Assembly: GCA_963924565.1 (NCBI GenBank) | Contig: OZ004608.1 | Location: forward strand, 37,882,001 to 37,946,000 | Length of the DNA: 64,000 bases | Direction: 5' to 3' | From: Ascidiella aspersa | Lineage: Eukaryota | Shown: one piece after another, positions 1-12,969 of the stretch | Layout of the letters: every line of letters begins with the position of its first letter | Numbering within the stretch: position 1 is the stretch's first letter | Position numbers and translations under genes: made by a program | The notes under the pieces: model-generated | The model's input: the letters and a program-made list of their open reading frames with translations, nothing else | What the model was told of the DNA's origin: nothing | Database searches by the model: none

Positions 1-2882
1 TCATCTTTAAATCTGGTGCCAGGAAAAAAACTCTGTCATCATTGTCGCATTCATGTTTTACAAAATGCATCAGCCTCTGAAAGTTTTGTTACAGCAGAAA
101 AAGATTCACCAAGTTCTTCAACCAGTAATGTTTCAATAACTGATCCAAGTTTATCATCTGAATCTGACGAAATTTTTCAAGGTACAGCAGTAGATGTTGT
201 AAATTTGAACAAATCTTTGCACAGTTTAGGGGAGTCTCCTTTAAGTTTAAGGAAGCTGCATAGGAATAAAAAATATGGGTCTGAAAAAGTTGAACAGATG
301 ACTGGTACACTTCGAAAAAGATTAAGAATGGATATAAGTGTTCAGCAAGAAAATGTTGTTAAAGAGCAAAAACAAAGCAAATACTTAAGAAATTATGAAA
401 CAGCTGAAAGAAAAATTTGAGAAAAGCAAAAGATATGAAAAACTACAAGTTTTGACTGTGGTACCGCAATCATGGAGCATTAGGCAAACTCAACAGGAAT
501 TTGATGCACCAAATTATATGGTGCGCAAAGCCAAAGAGTTGTTCAACAAAAAGGGAATTTTATCCACTCCAAACCCCAAACCTGGTAAGCCACTAATACA
601 ATCTACAGTTGATCTTGTAAAGGAATTTTATTTGAGTGATGAAATTAGCAGACAAATGCCTGGGATAAAAGATGTTGTTTCAGTGGTAGTGGATGGAGAA
701 AGAAAATCACTTGGAAAACGACTAATTTTATGCACAATAAACGAGGCACATCGTAAATTTAAAACTGACAATCCTAGTATTAAAGTTGGAATTTCAAAGT
801 TTACAGAATTAAGGCCAAAGCAAGTGGTACTACCCGGATCTAGTGGAACACATAATATTTGTGTATGCACCATTCATGAAAATGTTAAGCTGATGATTGA
901 AGGCGGACGTTTATGGAAAATATTTGGAAGTGATAAACAACAAACCTGCATATACAAAGATTTTTTGTGTATAATTACTTGTAATCCTTCAACAACAAAC
1001 TGCCACCTCAATAAATGCCAACATTGTAAAACAAATATTGTGAAACTAGAAGAAACTCTTAAGAAATATTTTGAAGATGAAGGAATTGATCAAATAACGT
1101 ACAAATTGTGGTTGACAGTGGACCGAACAACATTAGAAACAGTAATTAAAAAATCAGATGACTTTGTCACAACATATTTGGAAAAACTAGAAAAGCTTTT
1201 GCAACATGATTTCATCGCCAAACAACAATCACTTTATTTGAAAAAATTAAAAGAAAGTGAATTATCTGAAACCGCAATAATAATTGCAGACTTTGCAGAA
1301 AATTATTCTTTTATTCTCCAAGATGCTGTTCAAGGCTTTCATTGGACTAATTCACAGGCAACAATCCACCCATTTGTAGTTTATCACAAATTTGAAACAG
1401 AAGCAGAAAAAACACCCCACCTTAAACATGAAAACTTCGTAATTGTGTCAGACACCCTTAGACATGACACTAATACAGTTCATTGCTTTCAGCGAAAAGT
1501 CTTAGACTTTCTTAAAAAAAAATTTCCATTGTTAAAAAAAGTAGTGTACTTCACAGATGGTGCTGCTGGACAATATAAAAACAGAAAAAACTTTTTAAAT
1601 TTAATGTGTCACAAACAAGACTTTGATTTATACGCTGAATGGCATTTTTTTGCAACTTCACATGGCAAAGGACCATGTGACGGGTTGGGTGGGACTGTGA
1701 AAAGATTGGCTGCCCGGGCAAGTCTGCAGAAAATTGGAGAACAACGTATACAAACCTCAAAAGAGCTATATAATTGGGCCACAACAAATATCACAAATAT
1801 TAACTTTTCATTTGTATTGGAAAAAGAAGTAGAAGAAGAATGTGCATTGCTTAAGAAAAGATTCGAATCAGCCATTCCAATTCGTGGAACCCATAAGTAC
1901 CACTGCTTTATTCCAGAGGAATCTTGTCAGACTCACATCAAGGTTTCTGAATTTTCTGCATCATTGGATTATCAGAAGGTCCTGGTTTGTGACATTCCCT
2001 ACAAACAACTATTGCATTGGGATGAGCTAAGGGGGTTTGTTACCTGCAAATATAACAACCAATGGTGGCTTTCCTGCATTTTGGACCAATTAAAGGAATC
2101 AGATGAAGTGATGGTCACTTTTCTACATCCAGCCGGACCTTCCAGATCCTTTAAATATCCAAAAAACAAAGATGAACTTGTGGTTCCTCGTGAAAACATT
2201 TTGACTAAAGTTCATCCATCAACAGCGACTGGAAGAACTTATCAATTGACATGCAAAGAACAACAAAATGCATCACATGTCTTGAATATGTAAAGCAAAA
2301 ATAAAATACAGAAATGTTCAGTGAAATTTTTTTCGTACTAGCCATTTTGTTAGGTCCCCTAAAGATAGGCTCATTAAATGACAATGCATGCTATAGATAA
2401 ATGTCCATAATTCTATATAAGCAAAAAACCCCATTCCCATTTTCCTGTTATTTAACCAACAAATATAACTTTTTTTTCTAAAAAAAAAAAAATTAAAAAA
2501 AAAAGTATAACAAGTGCCCATTTTAACGTTTACATTTTGTTTGATTTTTAACACGTAGGAGTTATGTTAGATAATTATGCTCAAAATATCCTTTTTAGTC
2601 CTTTAAGATGCAAAATTACCTTTCCAAGGATGCATAACATTTTATTGTAGCTTTTGTACATCCAAAGATATGGCTGGTTTTATGTTGGAACAGCGCCCTC
2701 GAGTGGAAAATACGCATTTTATTTAAACCTAAATAACTTTGCAAATACACAACAGACTAGAATAAAATTTGGCACACATCTTCAAATAAAGATCCTTAAC
2801 ATATATACTAATTTTGGTTGGAATCTGAGAGGGTCATGTCAAAAAAGCAACTTTTTTGTGTTGATTTGACATGGTTTGACTC
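1..2882 (+). mobile_element. Sola2-like DNA transposon (left end outside window)
   Basis: Contains the DDD transposase ORFs. The element ends in ...GTTGATTTGACATGGTTTGACTC at 2882; its reverse complement starts GAGTCAAACCATGTCAAATC, fitting the GRG...CYC termini of Sola2. Left TIR and TSD cannot be checked. Confidence 0.7.
16..2293 (+). pseudogene. Sola2-type DDD transposase with a single +1 frameshift near 387-388
   Basis: ORF 395-2293 has CxCxxHEN, ADFAENY, YFTDGAAGQYKN and HFFATSHGKGPCDGLGGTVK. Upstream ORF 16-420 (PGKKLCHHCR) joins it in frame if one A is removed from TACTTAAGAAATTATG, giving KYLEIMKQLKEK. Confidence 0.8.
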
Positions 2883-4086
2883 AGTGGCAACATTCGAAGT
2901 TGGCTATTTAGCCGGAACTGAATACAATTTGAATCCGAAAACTTGGGATTTTGATTTAATATCCAGTTTATTTGCAACCCACAGCCCAGGAAATCAAGAC
3001 CTGCCAAGCATCATGATGACACTAAGTGAAGCAAAGTGTTCCAGTAACTTCGGCTGGCATAAACTTTGTGACATCAACAGTAGAAAAAGCAATAAACAAC
3101 GTAAAAAAACGTTTTATAGGTGGAATCAGAATGATATGGGGACCGTGATAGGGGGCAATGGTGTGGACCGTGGTGTTTAACTACTTTGGTTTTAAAACGA
3201 GAAGGACGAAAAAAAATTTACTATGAAAAATATGAAATGCCTCCCTTCTAAATGAAGAGGCAAATGTTTGTAATGGGTTTTTTGATGTGTGCGAAATATC
3301 TTTATCAGATTAATAGCATTTCTAAATCATCATAATTACACCAAAAAATGATTCAATTAAAAATAAGCTGGAAATGCAAAAAGCACAAATTGAACAAATA
3401 TACAGCACCCACTTAATACTATTCGATCGCGCAAAGCCAGATGTCATTCTCCAAAACCTTTACCAGGCAACGTTATTGTTACACAAAAGGTTGAACCGGA
3501 GGTGTTAAACGATTAACTCAGCTCTTAACTACCTTCACAACAATCCAAATAGTAATAATAAAGTAAATCGGCTAAATAACCTCAAAAAAAAATCAACATA
3601 TTTGCAAACTTTTCTTCGGCGTGTGTCACAGTTTAAACTAAAACTAAATGTTGCAAAGTCGAGACAAGAATGGAAGTCTCTCTGCCTTTGTAATTGCAGA
3701 CCAACTAAACAGTAAGTTGGATATAAGCCAACAATTTTAAAATCAATCGACAGGATTTATTATCAAAATTTTCGCATGCTGCTATTAAACGTTGGATTTT
3801 AGTTATCCATCAATCTACACAGTTCTAATTTGTTTGCAAAATTATATTTTGATCGGGTTAATTCCCTAAGTGCAGTAAATCAATACTTTGAAAAAAAAAA
3901 TTACCTTGTGAAAATTGTTTTCTTACATATTTTCAAACTGTATTAGGAAACTAGAACAAAAAGAGCGATGTTTGAAACAAAAGGGAATCCTGTTGGCTCA
4001 ATTTGTCGACGGCAAAAAATCGCACTATTTGGTTATAAAGGATAACTAGCAACGCGCCATGAATTCATTCCATACCACCAGCGAAT

Positions 4087-4620
4087 TTGGCGAAGATAAA
4101 AACAAACCTGATACAGCAGTTCCTGGACCACTTAAACAGCTTGGAACCTAACATTAAATACACAATGGAAACAGAGAACAATTGGTCAATTTCATTCCTG
4201 GACTCATTAATCACTCGTAACCGGTCAGGTAGACGACCTTCCAAGGTGTTTAGAAAAGTAACACATTCAGATCGCTACTTGAATTTCAGATCGGACCACC
4301 CTTTGCACAAACGCTCGGTGGTAAATACCCTACTACCCAGAGACTTTGCCGTAACCATAATGACGAAGTCGACGAAATTAAACATGTTAAAAAGGCCATA
4401 AGAATAAACAGATTCCCCGACTGGTTGTTCAAACTGCAAATCAAAACTAACCACTTAACAGCTAAACCAGAATCTAAAGGTCTGACCATTATTTCTTACA
4501 TTCCAGGTCTGGGAGAAAAAACTAAGACGTATTTTGAAAAGCCACTAAATTTCTACAGCTTTCAAACCGGCCAGAAAAATTGGAAACATTTTACCTTCAC
4601 CTAAAGATCCAGTTAAAACT
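4087..4620 (+). mobile_element. Penelope-like retroelement RT C-terminal/thumb fragment
   Basis: FLDHLNSLEPNIKYTMETE..ISFLD..VFRKVTHSDRYLNFRSDHP, then frameshifted ISYIPGLGEK..FKPARKIGNILPSPKDP, typical of the PLE RT-to-GIY-YIG linker. Confidence 0.85.
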
Positions 4621-5039
4621 AAAAAAAAAGGGTTTTAACTAAGCAAATCGGAGGATGGAAGTCTCTCTGCCTTCGTGATTACAGACCAACTACACAGTAA
4701 GTTGGATACAAACCAACAATTTGCAAATCAAATTGTCAAGGATTTATTAAATTTTCGCATGCTATTCTGCTTGGGATGCGAGTTATCCATCAAGCTACAC
4801 AGTTATAACTGGTTTACAAACATATATATTTTAAGATGCATCAGGTAAACCCCTTAAGTCCAGTAAATATAAGTAATGAGAAAAAATAATTTATCCTATT
4901 TCTTTCCATTTCTATTATAGGCAGTTCAATTTTAATTTATAGTTTTCTTTTTGCAAGTTGTACATATACGTTTTTTGAACCTTCACTGTGTTTAAGCTTT
5001 TACTTTTTCCGTGACTTAGAGAAAATACAAAAAAATGGG

Positions 5040-5900
5040 AACAAAATGAAATTTATTGACCAGATTTGTCGAAAACGGCTCTCTGGACAGATTAGACCGG
5101 CACGAAAAGGACGAGTCCTACAAACGCTAGTCCTACAAACGCTATCTAAAAGTAAAGAGTAAAATTTGACGAGACAACAGGACGCAAGGCGTTATGGAAA
5201 TGAGTCGGCAGTAATTTAACGAACGTGGTGCTTCGGAAAGCGGTTTTGTAACGTCACCGAGTTCGCCAAAATATATGGCGATCAGAATGTTGCATTAGTT
5301 CGTGATTTTCGAGACAAAATTCGGTCTAAATACAAAGAGCAGTCGTGTCGCAGGAGTAAGAAGCTGGGCAAACAAAACAAGAAGCAGGAGGCAGTTGGAA
5401 AATATCTACTTCCTTCTCAAAGGCAACCACTAAAAGTAAGTAATGATCAAAATTTATCTAAAGACAACAAGACGCGGTTATGGAGAAAGTCGTCGGGAAT
5501 TAAACGAACGCGTTGTTTCTGAAATCGGTTTTGTAACGTTGCCGAGTTCGCAAAGTATAGGACGACCAGAATGTTGCATTAGTTCGTGGGTAAAGAAACA
5601 ACACGACCAGACAACAGTTGAAAATATCACCAAGCTTCCTTGAAAGGAATTGAAAAGTTCTAGCCCTAAAAAGCAGAAGAGTACGAGCAACAAAACAAAA
5701 ATGGAGGACAATTGTATTTCCCATTGCCTGTTAGTTGCTCTGAGGAAGCTGTGTTTGTAAAACACCAATCCAGTTTTAACATGAATCAAAACGGTAATAT
5801 GAAATTGTCAAGGGACACACGACTGAGTGATAGAAATGTTGATACAATGATAAACACTATTATGAAACACAATTTTCCAAAATTGGGGGTTTAAAAGCAT
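5040..5900 (+). mobile_element. NOF/Foldback-like Mutator transposase C-terminal fragments (degenerate)
   Basis: DNRTQGVME motif and downstream LSDRNVD segment; paralogous to 11340-11760 and 59830-60300. Confidence 0.5.
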
Positions 5901-6904
5901 TCCTGCATTTAAAATACTTTTTAAAACATAATTAAATATTTCCATAATTCTTGGGAAGTCTAATGAAATTGTGCGACATAGCAGCGAGCCCAACAATGAA
6001 CATGACAGATGAATATATTTCCAAGCACATCAAGACATTCACTACTACAGAGAGGCTTGCTAGATACCTGGAATAGACGTATTAAAGTGAACATAATAAT
6101 CAAAAGTGAAATTAAATGAGAATTTGGAAAGGGATAGAGGAAGACATTTTTGCGGCATGGCAAAAACATTTTCTACAAACAATATTCAGATACAGATACC
6201 GTATTAGAAGTGAATAAAATACTCTAGAAATTGGAAGGGATAGAGGAAGACATAAAAGCGCTGGCTTAGGCACGGCAAAAACTTTTCTGCAAATAATATT
6301 CAGAATCGTATGTTAAAAATCAAAAGAGGGCGGAAAAAACATTTACTAAAGATAACCCTGGAAAGGACCATTCAAAGGGTCTGTTTTAACGCCAAATGAT
6401 TGGAATTTAATTTGTGGTTCTGTTCAAGGACGATATATTAAAAACAAAAACTGGAGCGATATAATCAGAAGATATTTAAAACGATATAACTCCTACTATT
6501 CGCTCGTTTTTACGCACCATCGTTGGAATAAATTGCACAGATCTAACTTGTTTTTTCTTGTTCCCGTTAAGTGTAAATTTAATGCTTGCGATCGTCGTTT
6601 TATAATAAAAAATTACGACAAAACCACCAGGGAGTTTTTCCTCGTATCCTACAGCGATCGAATAAAACATCATGCGGATGACACGTCAGTTTGTTAATAC
6701 ACGGATCCCACAGAGACGCACCAAAGAAAAAATTGAAAAACGTTAACCCACGGCACCGGTCTTCATAACCTTCAAAATGTGTCGATATTGGGGCGTTGAA
6801 AAAATTTACATTTAAGCGGAAGTCCTAGCAAGAAAAACATGAAAGAGTTTGCAGGTGTGGTGAGCAAGCGCAGAAGTAAAGTAATGATGTTGGGTAATTT
6901 ACAG

Positions 6905-7270
6905 TTACAGGAAGCAAGTGAGCTGGAAGGTTCGTTAACCGAGCTCCCGCAAACGGCTCCTTTATGTTTCCGACAGCAATACTCGGAACTTAAGAGCCCT
7001 GCCTTGTAAGGCTTTCGTCAAACTTCGCGTTCGACGCGTGTGGCCTAAAAAGTATTCCGGGTTGTACAACAAGGCATGGTTACACCGAGCTGTCCAACAG
7101 CAGAATACTGGATTGAGTTGCTGTCGTCGTTATTGGCCTTGGCACTAACGACGTAGTCAAACAGCAGCCCGGAGGAAGTATCAGCCTCTCCTTCAAGGTG
7201 AAGTTAAGATCTTGACGGACACAAGAGTGATCCGCCTCACTAAGGCGTTGTACCCTGGATCGAAGGTTGT
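6905..7270 (+). pseudogene. SGNH-hydrolase gene fragment (copy)
   Basis: Nucleotide copy of 8730-9120 (SDSN..IPGCTTRHG..IGLGTNDVV) with frameshifts and a stop. Confidence 0.75.
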
Positions 7271-8516
7271 TATCTGCCATTTCGACTAATCGGCCAATAT
7301 TTGACCTATCATTTGCCCAGGTCTCGCTGTTCGGAAGACTGTGGGACAGGCACGGTGAGAAAAGCTTCATTCAAGCCTGTGGTGGGTAAAGCAAATGTTA
7401 CCCTTCGATAACTGTAAAAACACTTAATAATTTTGAATATTGTAAACCTTCCGCGGGCACCAATGCGCGAAGCACCACCTGTTGCATCAAAGTTGGTATT
7501 TAGTTTTCCCGCAAACGTGGTATGTCTGGGAATAAGTTTGTGTATTTAACAATTCCTAAACCACTGCTTTATGTATTTTCTTGTAGAAGACTGTTTGAGC
7601 ACGGACATTTGCTCCACCGACCAACGGACCGAGGAAAGAGGTATCCATTTCATATCAATTTTCCTCCCATAATCTTGAGGGCACACAAAGCAAAAACACA
7701 TTTCCTAAAGATGAAATTATAAACCATCAACAAAAAGAACAACCCATTATGATCATCAAGTTGACATCAAACTTACTTCTACTGTGAAAATACTAAAAAT
7801 GGTTTCAAATATGAACCAGAAACAAAGAGACGAAACTGAATAAACTACCAATTAAGGCAAGTCTTCTACTATTAAATATACATGCCAAGCAAATATATAA
7901 TAAATCTACTATATTTCTTAACTGCCAGTTTTATTTTTTTTTGCTATGGATTGTTTACCAATCACGTTTTATTACAGCAATATTAGAAAAATGTATCATA
8001 ATGTGGTATCGTGGATATTGGCAAAACGTCACTTGGCAAAAGGAAAAAAAAAAGGTCATACCCCTTTAAGTTACTGATGTATGACAAACTTATTTTATAA
8101 AAATCCCTTTAAAGTCCTTACCATCGGCATCACATCAATACTTGTGACACCCAAGCCAAAGTTCAGCCTTCATAGCGACGGAGGCCGCGCGTGCAACGCA
8201 CAAAACTATTGCAGGTAAAGCCAGTTAATAAACCCGTGTAGAGTTATAAATTTGTCTAATGCTTTGCGGAATTAACACAAAAAGGGTAAAATGTTATTGG
8301 AATTACATATTTAAAATTGCAGGCATCTGGTTTTCAAAGTTGCTTGGCGTTTTCCTGACAAATCTCCGGTATATAAACCAAAAGGTACTTTGTACAAATG
8401 ATCGTTCTGTGGAAGCTACTGAATTTCTCCTTTCAACCAACGAATACACACTTGTTAATTTTGATTAAAAAGATTTGTTTAATTTATCGACATTAATTTT
8501 CTGTCCGAACAAAACA

Positions 8517-9668
8517 ATGGGAGGTGTATTTTTCCGCACGTAGAAACGCAGTCCTAGTTTGGTAACTGTGACCCATTCGCGATTGCGAGTTCCTACTGAG
8601 GAAATACGACTCTCCTGGTCTTCCCGCATATGTTTGTACAGGTAGAGTGTATATAAGTTTGGTTTATTGATTAAAGTAGCATAGTTAGTTGTTTGGAAAC
8701 CTTGTTTAAAGCTCTAGTAAAGCAGTTGCGGGAAGCGAGTGAGCTGGAAGGTTCCTTTACCGAGATCCCACAAACGGATCCTTTATGTTTACGACAGCAA
8801 TGCTCGGAACTTAGTTGAGCCCTGCCTCGTAAGGCCCTCGTTCATGTTCGATGTATGTGCTATCAGTATTCCGGGGGGTACCACCAGGCATGGTATTACC
8901 GAGCTGTCCAACAGCAGGATACTGGATCGAGTTGCTGTCGTCGTTATTGGCCTTGGCACTAACGACGTAGTCAACAGCAGCCCGGAGGAAGCATCAGCCT
9001 CTCCTTCAAGGTATTGTCGAATAGTGTTTTGTTATTGTCTTTTTAGACTTATTTCTAAGATCTTGGAGGACACGAGAAGGCTGATCCGCCTCACTAAGGC
9101 GTTGTACCCAGGATCGAAGGTTGCTATGCCATGTTGTGTGTAGGACACGTTTTCGTTTGAAAACAAATCATTGTAGTCGCGATGCAAAGGCTCTGTTGTT
9201 GTAGTTGTTTATATAAAGCAACTGTCAATGTTTTTTTTTAATGCAAAGTGAATTGTTTGATGCTTGGCGCGTTTTAAAGCGCTGATCTAGAATCCTACCA
9301 ATGTTTTTACTGTGGAAACGAGTTGTCTAATTTAAAATTGCAAGGAAGAAATAAGCATGAAACATAAATATAAATTGCTGTATTTAGATCTTCCACACCG
9401 GGTTACTGCCCCATTTGACTCCACAGGGTTGCGTGGTGGAGCAACTGAACAGGGCATTAAAGGTCAGCGTCGAGGAAGAAGGGGCGGAGTCACTCGGGTT
9501 GGATGTCCCTTTTGCAAACAGGACGTGGGCTGACGGACTCCACCTTTCTCTAAGTGCTCTGTGGAAGTATTTATTAAAGATGGCATAATTACAAACATGT
9601 TGAACAAACCAGACCGCCAACACCCATTGCTGACGCTGACCAACTTCCCCCATCTTCCCACAAAGTTA
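8517..9668 (+). pseudogene. Spliced SGNH/GDSL-hydrolase gene, most complete copy (probable Helentron accessory gene)
   Basis: Block I YDSNARN, block II SIPGG, block III IGLGTND. GT-AG introns at 9011-9046 and 9120-9387. The exon from 9388 reads IFHTGLLP..VEQLNRALKVSVEEEGAE..WADGLHLS (block V DxxH). Early TAG at 8541; a 4-nt deletion gives a stop at 9586. Confidence 0.8.
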
Positions 9669-10004
9669 AGTAATATGTATGTTTAAAATCGATAAACGAC
9701 CAATCGACCAATATTTGATCTGCCATTTGTTTCCCAAATATCTCGCTGTTCGAAAGATTGTGGGACACGCACGGTGAAAAAAGCTTCATTCAAGCCTGTG
9801 GTGGGTAAAGCAAATGTTACCCTTCGATAACTGTCAAAACACTAATAATTTTGAATCTTGTAGACTTTTCCGCGGGAACCAATGCGCGAAGCACCGCTCG
9901 TTGCATCAAAGTTGGTCTTTTTTTTCCGCGAATGTGGTATGTCTGTGAATAAGCTTGTGTATTTATCATTTTCTAAAGCACTGCTTTATGTATTTTCTTG
10001 TATC

Positions 10005-11760
10005 AGACCGTGCCCATTTGCACTTTTTGAATGCCCATTGCACTTTTGAATTTTGTTCTTGTAAAGTTAGCCTCGATTTGTCACCTAATGCCAGTAAAAC
10101 AGTTAAGGTACCACACAGACAATTAAGGAACAGAAAGGGCGATATTGTTGCCTGCAGATTGAAGGGTGATAGAAGAACAGCCATGCAGGAAATTGGCTAA
10201 CATTTTGCCCCGCCGCTTTAACCTAACAATTTAGACAAGACGACCAAGTGGAAGAGTTGGGCAACCACGATAACGCGCCTATTTATAATGTTTCAAGACA
10301 AGCGAGGGCGGAAGTTAATAAAATAAAACTTCCTTCGAGTAAAGAAACCGACGCGATTAAGGCAATGCAAGTTGCACAAGCGGATAACTGTACAGGAAGC
10401 AAGTCCTCGTTGCCAGGGACCATTCGCTTTTTTTTTAAATGTTTTACACTGATGAAAACAAATTAGTTGCAAAACCGCTGTGCATCAAATCATTTGCGAT
10501 GTAAGCATGGCAATTATTCGGTAGCTATTTATACATGAGCCAGGATTTGGAAGCCTATTTAGATCGATGTTTTAGTTTCGTGACAGAAAGAGCAAGGCAG
10601 GAATTAAAATTCAAAAGGCAAGTCAATTTTGGAACATTTACTAGCAATTGCTTGGCGAAAATTGCTGGCCAAGCAACAAATACAATAAAGGACACAATTG
10701 TAATTGCATGTAAGTTGCTAGAGACGACGATGTTGTGGTGTAAAATATCAACTTCGTTTTACCCTAAGGGTTTTAATAAGCAAACTGGAGAATGGAAGTC
10801 TCTCTGCCTTCGTGATTACAGACCAACTAAACAGTGAGTTGGATACAAGCCACAACTATTTATAATGTTTTAAGACAAGGGTGAAGGTTATTAAAATACA
10901 ACTTCTTCCTTTTAGTAATGAAAACAGCGCGATTAAGGCAATGCAGGATGCGCAGGATAGAAACGTAGTTAAAACAAATCCGCGCTGGCAGGAGCCATTT
11001 GCTTTTATTAAAGCATTCCAAGTGGCCTTATGCTTTCTTTAAGACACGTTTAGGAATTTTTCATGAAAGAACACGAACCTACATTATGTTCATTAATGCC
11101 ACCGCGGAGGTATTACTGAAACTTCAGAGAGCAAACCGTAGTATTACGCGTATGAAATCTCTGTGCGTCACCTGGAATAATGTAAAACCTTTTGCCTTTG
11201 CAACTTTAAATTTGTTTTTACCGCACATCGGGGATCATGTTAACAAACCTCTAAGGCAAATAGCAATATTAACTGAGAAGGTTAACAGAGAAAAAAATAA
11301 TAAAAAATCGTGTCGTACAAACGCTACCTAAAAGTAAAGAGTAAAACAATTCACCGAGAGACAACAGGACGCAAGGGTTATGGAAAAGAATCGGCAGGAG
11401 TTTAGGCGAAGGCGGGGCTTCGGAAAGCGGTTTTGTAAAGTTACAGAGTTCGCGAAAGTATATGGCGATCAGAATGTTGCATTAGTTCGTGAGTTTGGAG
11501 ACAACATTCAGTCTAAATAATACAAAGAGCAGTCTTATCCCAGCAGGAGTAAAGCTGGGTAAACAAAACAAGAAGCAGGAGACAGTTGGAAAATATATCC
11601 TTCCTTCTCAAAGGCAACCACTAAAAGTAAGTAAAGATCAAAATTTATCTAAAGACAACAAGACGCGGTTATGGGGAAAGTCGGCGGGAATTAAACGAAC
11701 GCGTTGTTTCTGAAATCGGTTTTGTAACGTTGACAACCATAATAAAGCACTAGTTCGTGG
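10005..11760 (+). mobile_element. NOF/Foldback-like Mutator transposase, fragmented copy
   Basis: NAHCTFEFCSC..RLKGDRR, PGTIRF, QIICDVSMAII, YLDRCF, MFINAT, RTQG segments separated by deletions. Confidence 0.65.
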
Positions 11761-12969
11761 GTAAAGAAATAACAGGACAATATATCCAAGCTTACTTCAA
11801 AGGAGTTCAAAAAAAGCGAGCCCTAAAAAGCAGAAAAGTGTACGAGCAACAAAACAAAAAAGCACTCCTGAATTTGAAATACATTTAAAACATAATTAAG
11901 TATTTCCATAAATTCATGGAAGTCAATAAAATTGGGCGGCATTGCAACGCTTCCAACAATGAACATGACAGATGAATATATTTCCAAGCACATCAAGACA
12001 TTCACTACTACAGAGAGGCTGGCTAGATACCTGGAATAGACGTATTAAAGTGAATAAAATACTCAGAAGTGAAATTGAATGAGAATTTGGAAAGGGATAG
12101 AGGAAGACAATAAAAGCGCTGTCTTGGGCACGGCAAAAACATTTTCTACAAACAATATTCAGAATCGTATGTAAAAACCAAGAGGCCGGAACAATGACCG
12201 CAAGCAGGGAATCCTGGGAAAACCCAGCAGAGGTAAAAAAACTAGACACGGTCTCCACCGACCAACGGACCGAAGAAAGAGTGTTTTGCAAAACTATTGG
12301 TTGTCAAAGTAGGTGTGCTGAATCATCTAACTATATTTTCTTGTATAAGACCGTTGAGCATGTACTACTTCGACCAGTGGGCCGGAAGAAAGTGACACAC
12401 ACCCCTGCGATAAATGGTAAGTGTTTTTGCAAATATTTTTTCCAATCATCACCTTAATTTTACCAACGTATTCACTTTTTGCAGCCTATGAAACGACTTT
12501 ATGGCGGGGCCCGTATGGTAGATCAACAGGATGATAAAATTAAATGAAAAAGAGCGCGCGATTGAATCTTTTAATTTTGATCGTTCGTGTGGTGCTAGCT
12601 GGGTCACTTTATTAGGCAAATTGAAGAACGAAAAATGTTAAAGAAATAAATTAGGTATGAAGTTCGTATTCTTAAGAATTTTGTTGCGCAACATGCTAAC
12701 GAGTTTAAAATTCGAGGCAAGGAGACATTTGTCAGTTCAATGTGATAAAAAAACTAGTGATGTGTTTTGTGAAGAAAATTGTGGTAGTAGCAGCGGTGCT
12801 TCGGATGTTGAAATTAGTGAGGATGAGATTTGTAGTGAACCAATGTTGTGTGATAGTCCAGTTGGTTAAATGTTGTCATGGGACAAAGATGAGCCAGATC
12901 TGTCAAAAAATATAAGTTGCGAATTTTCGGACTCCTGACAGTAAGACATCGCGACAACATACATTTGAT

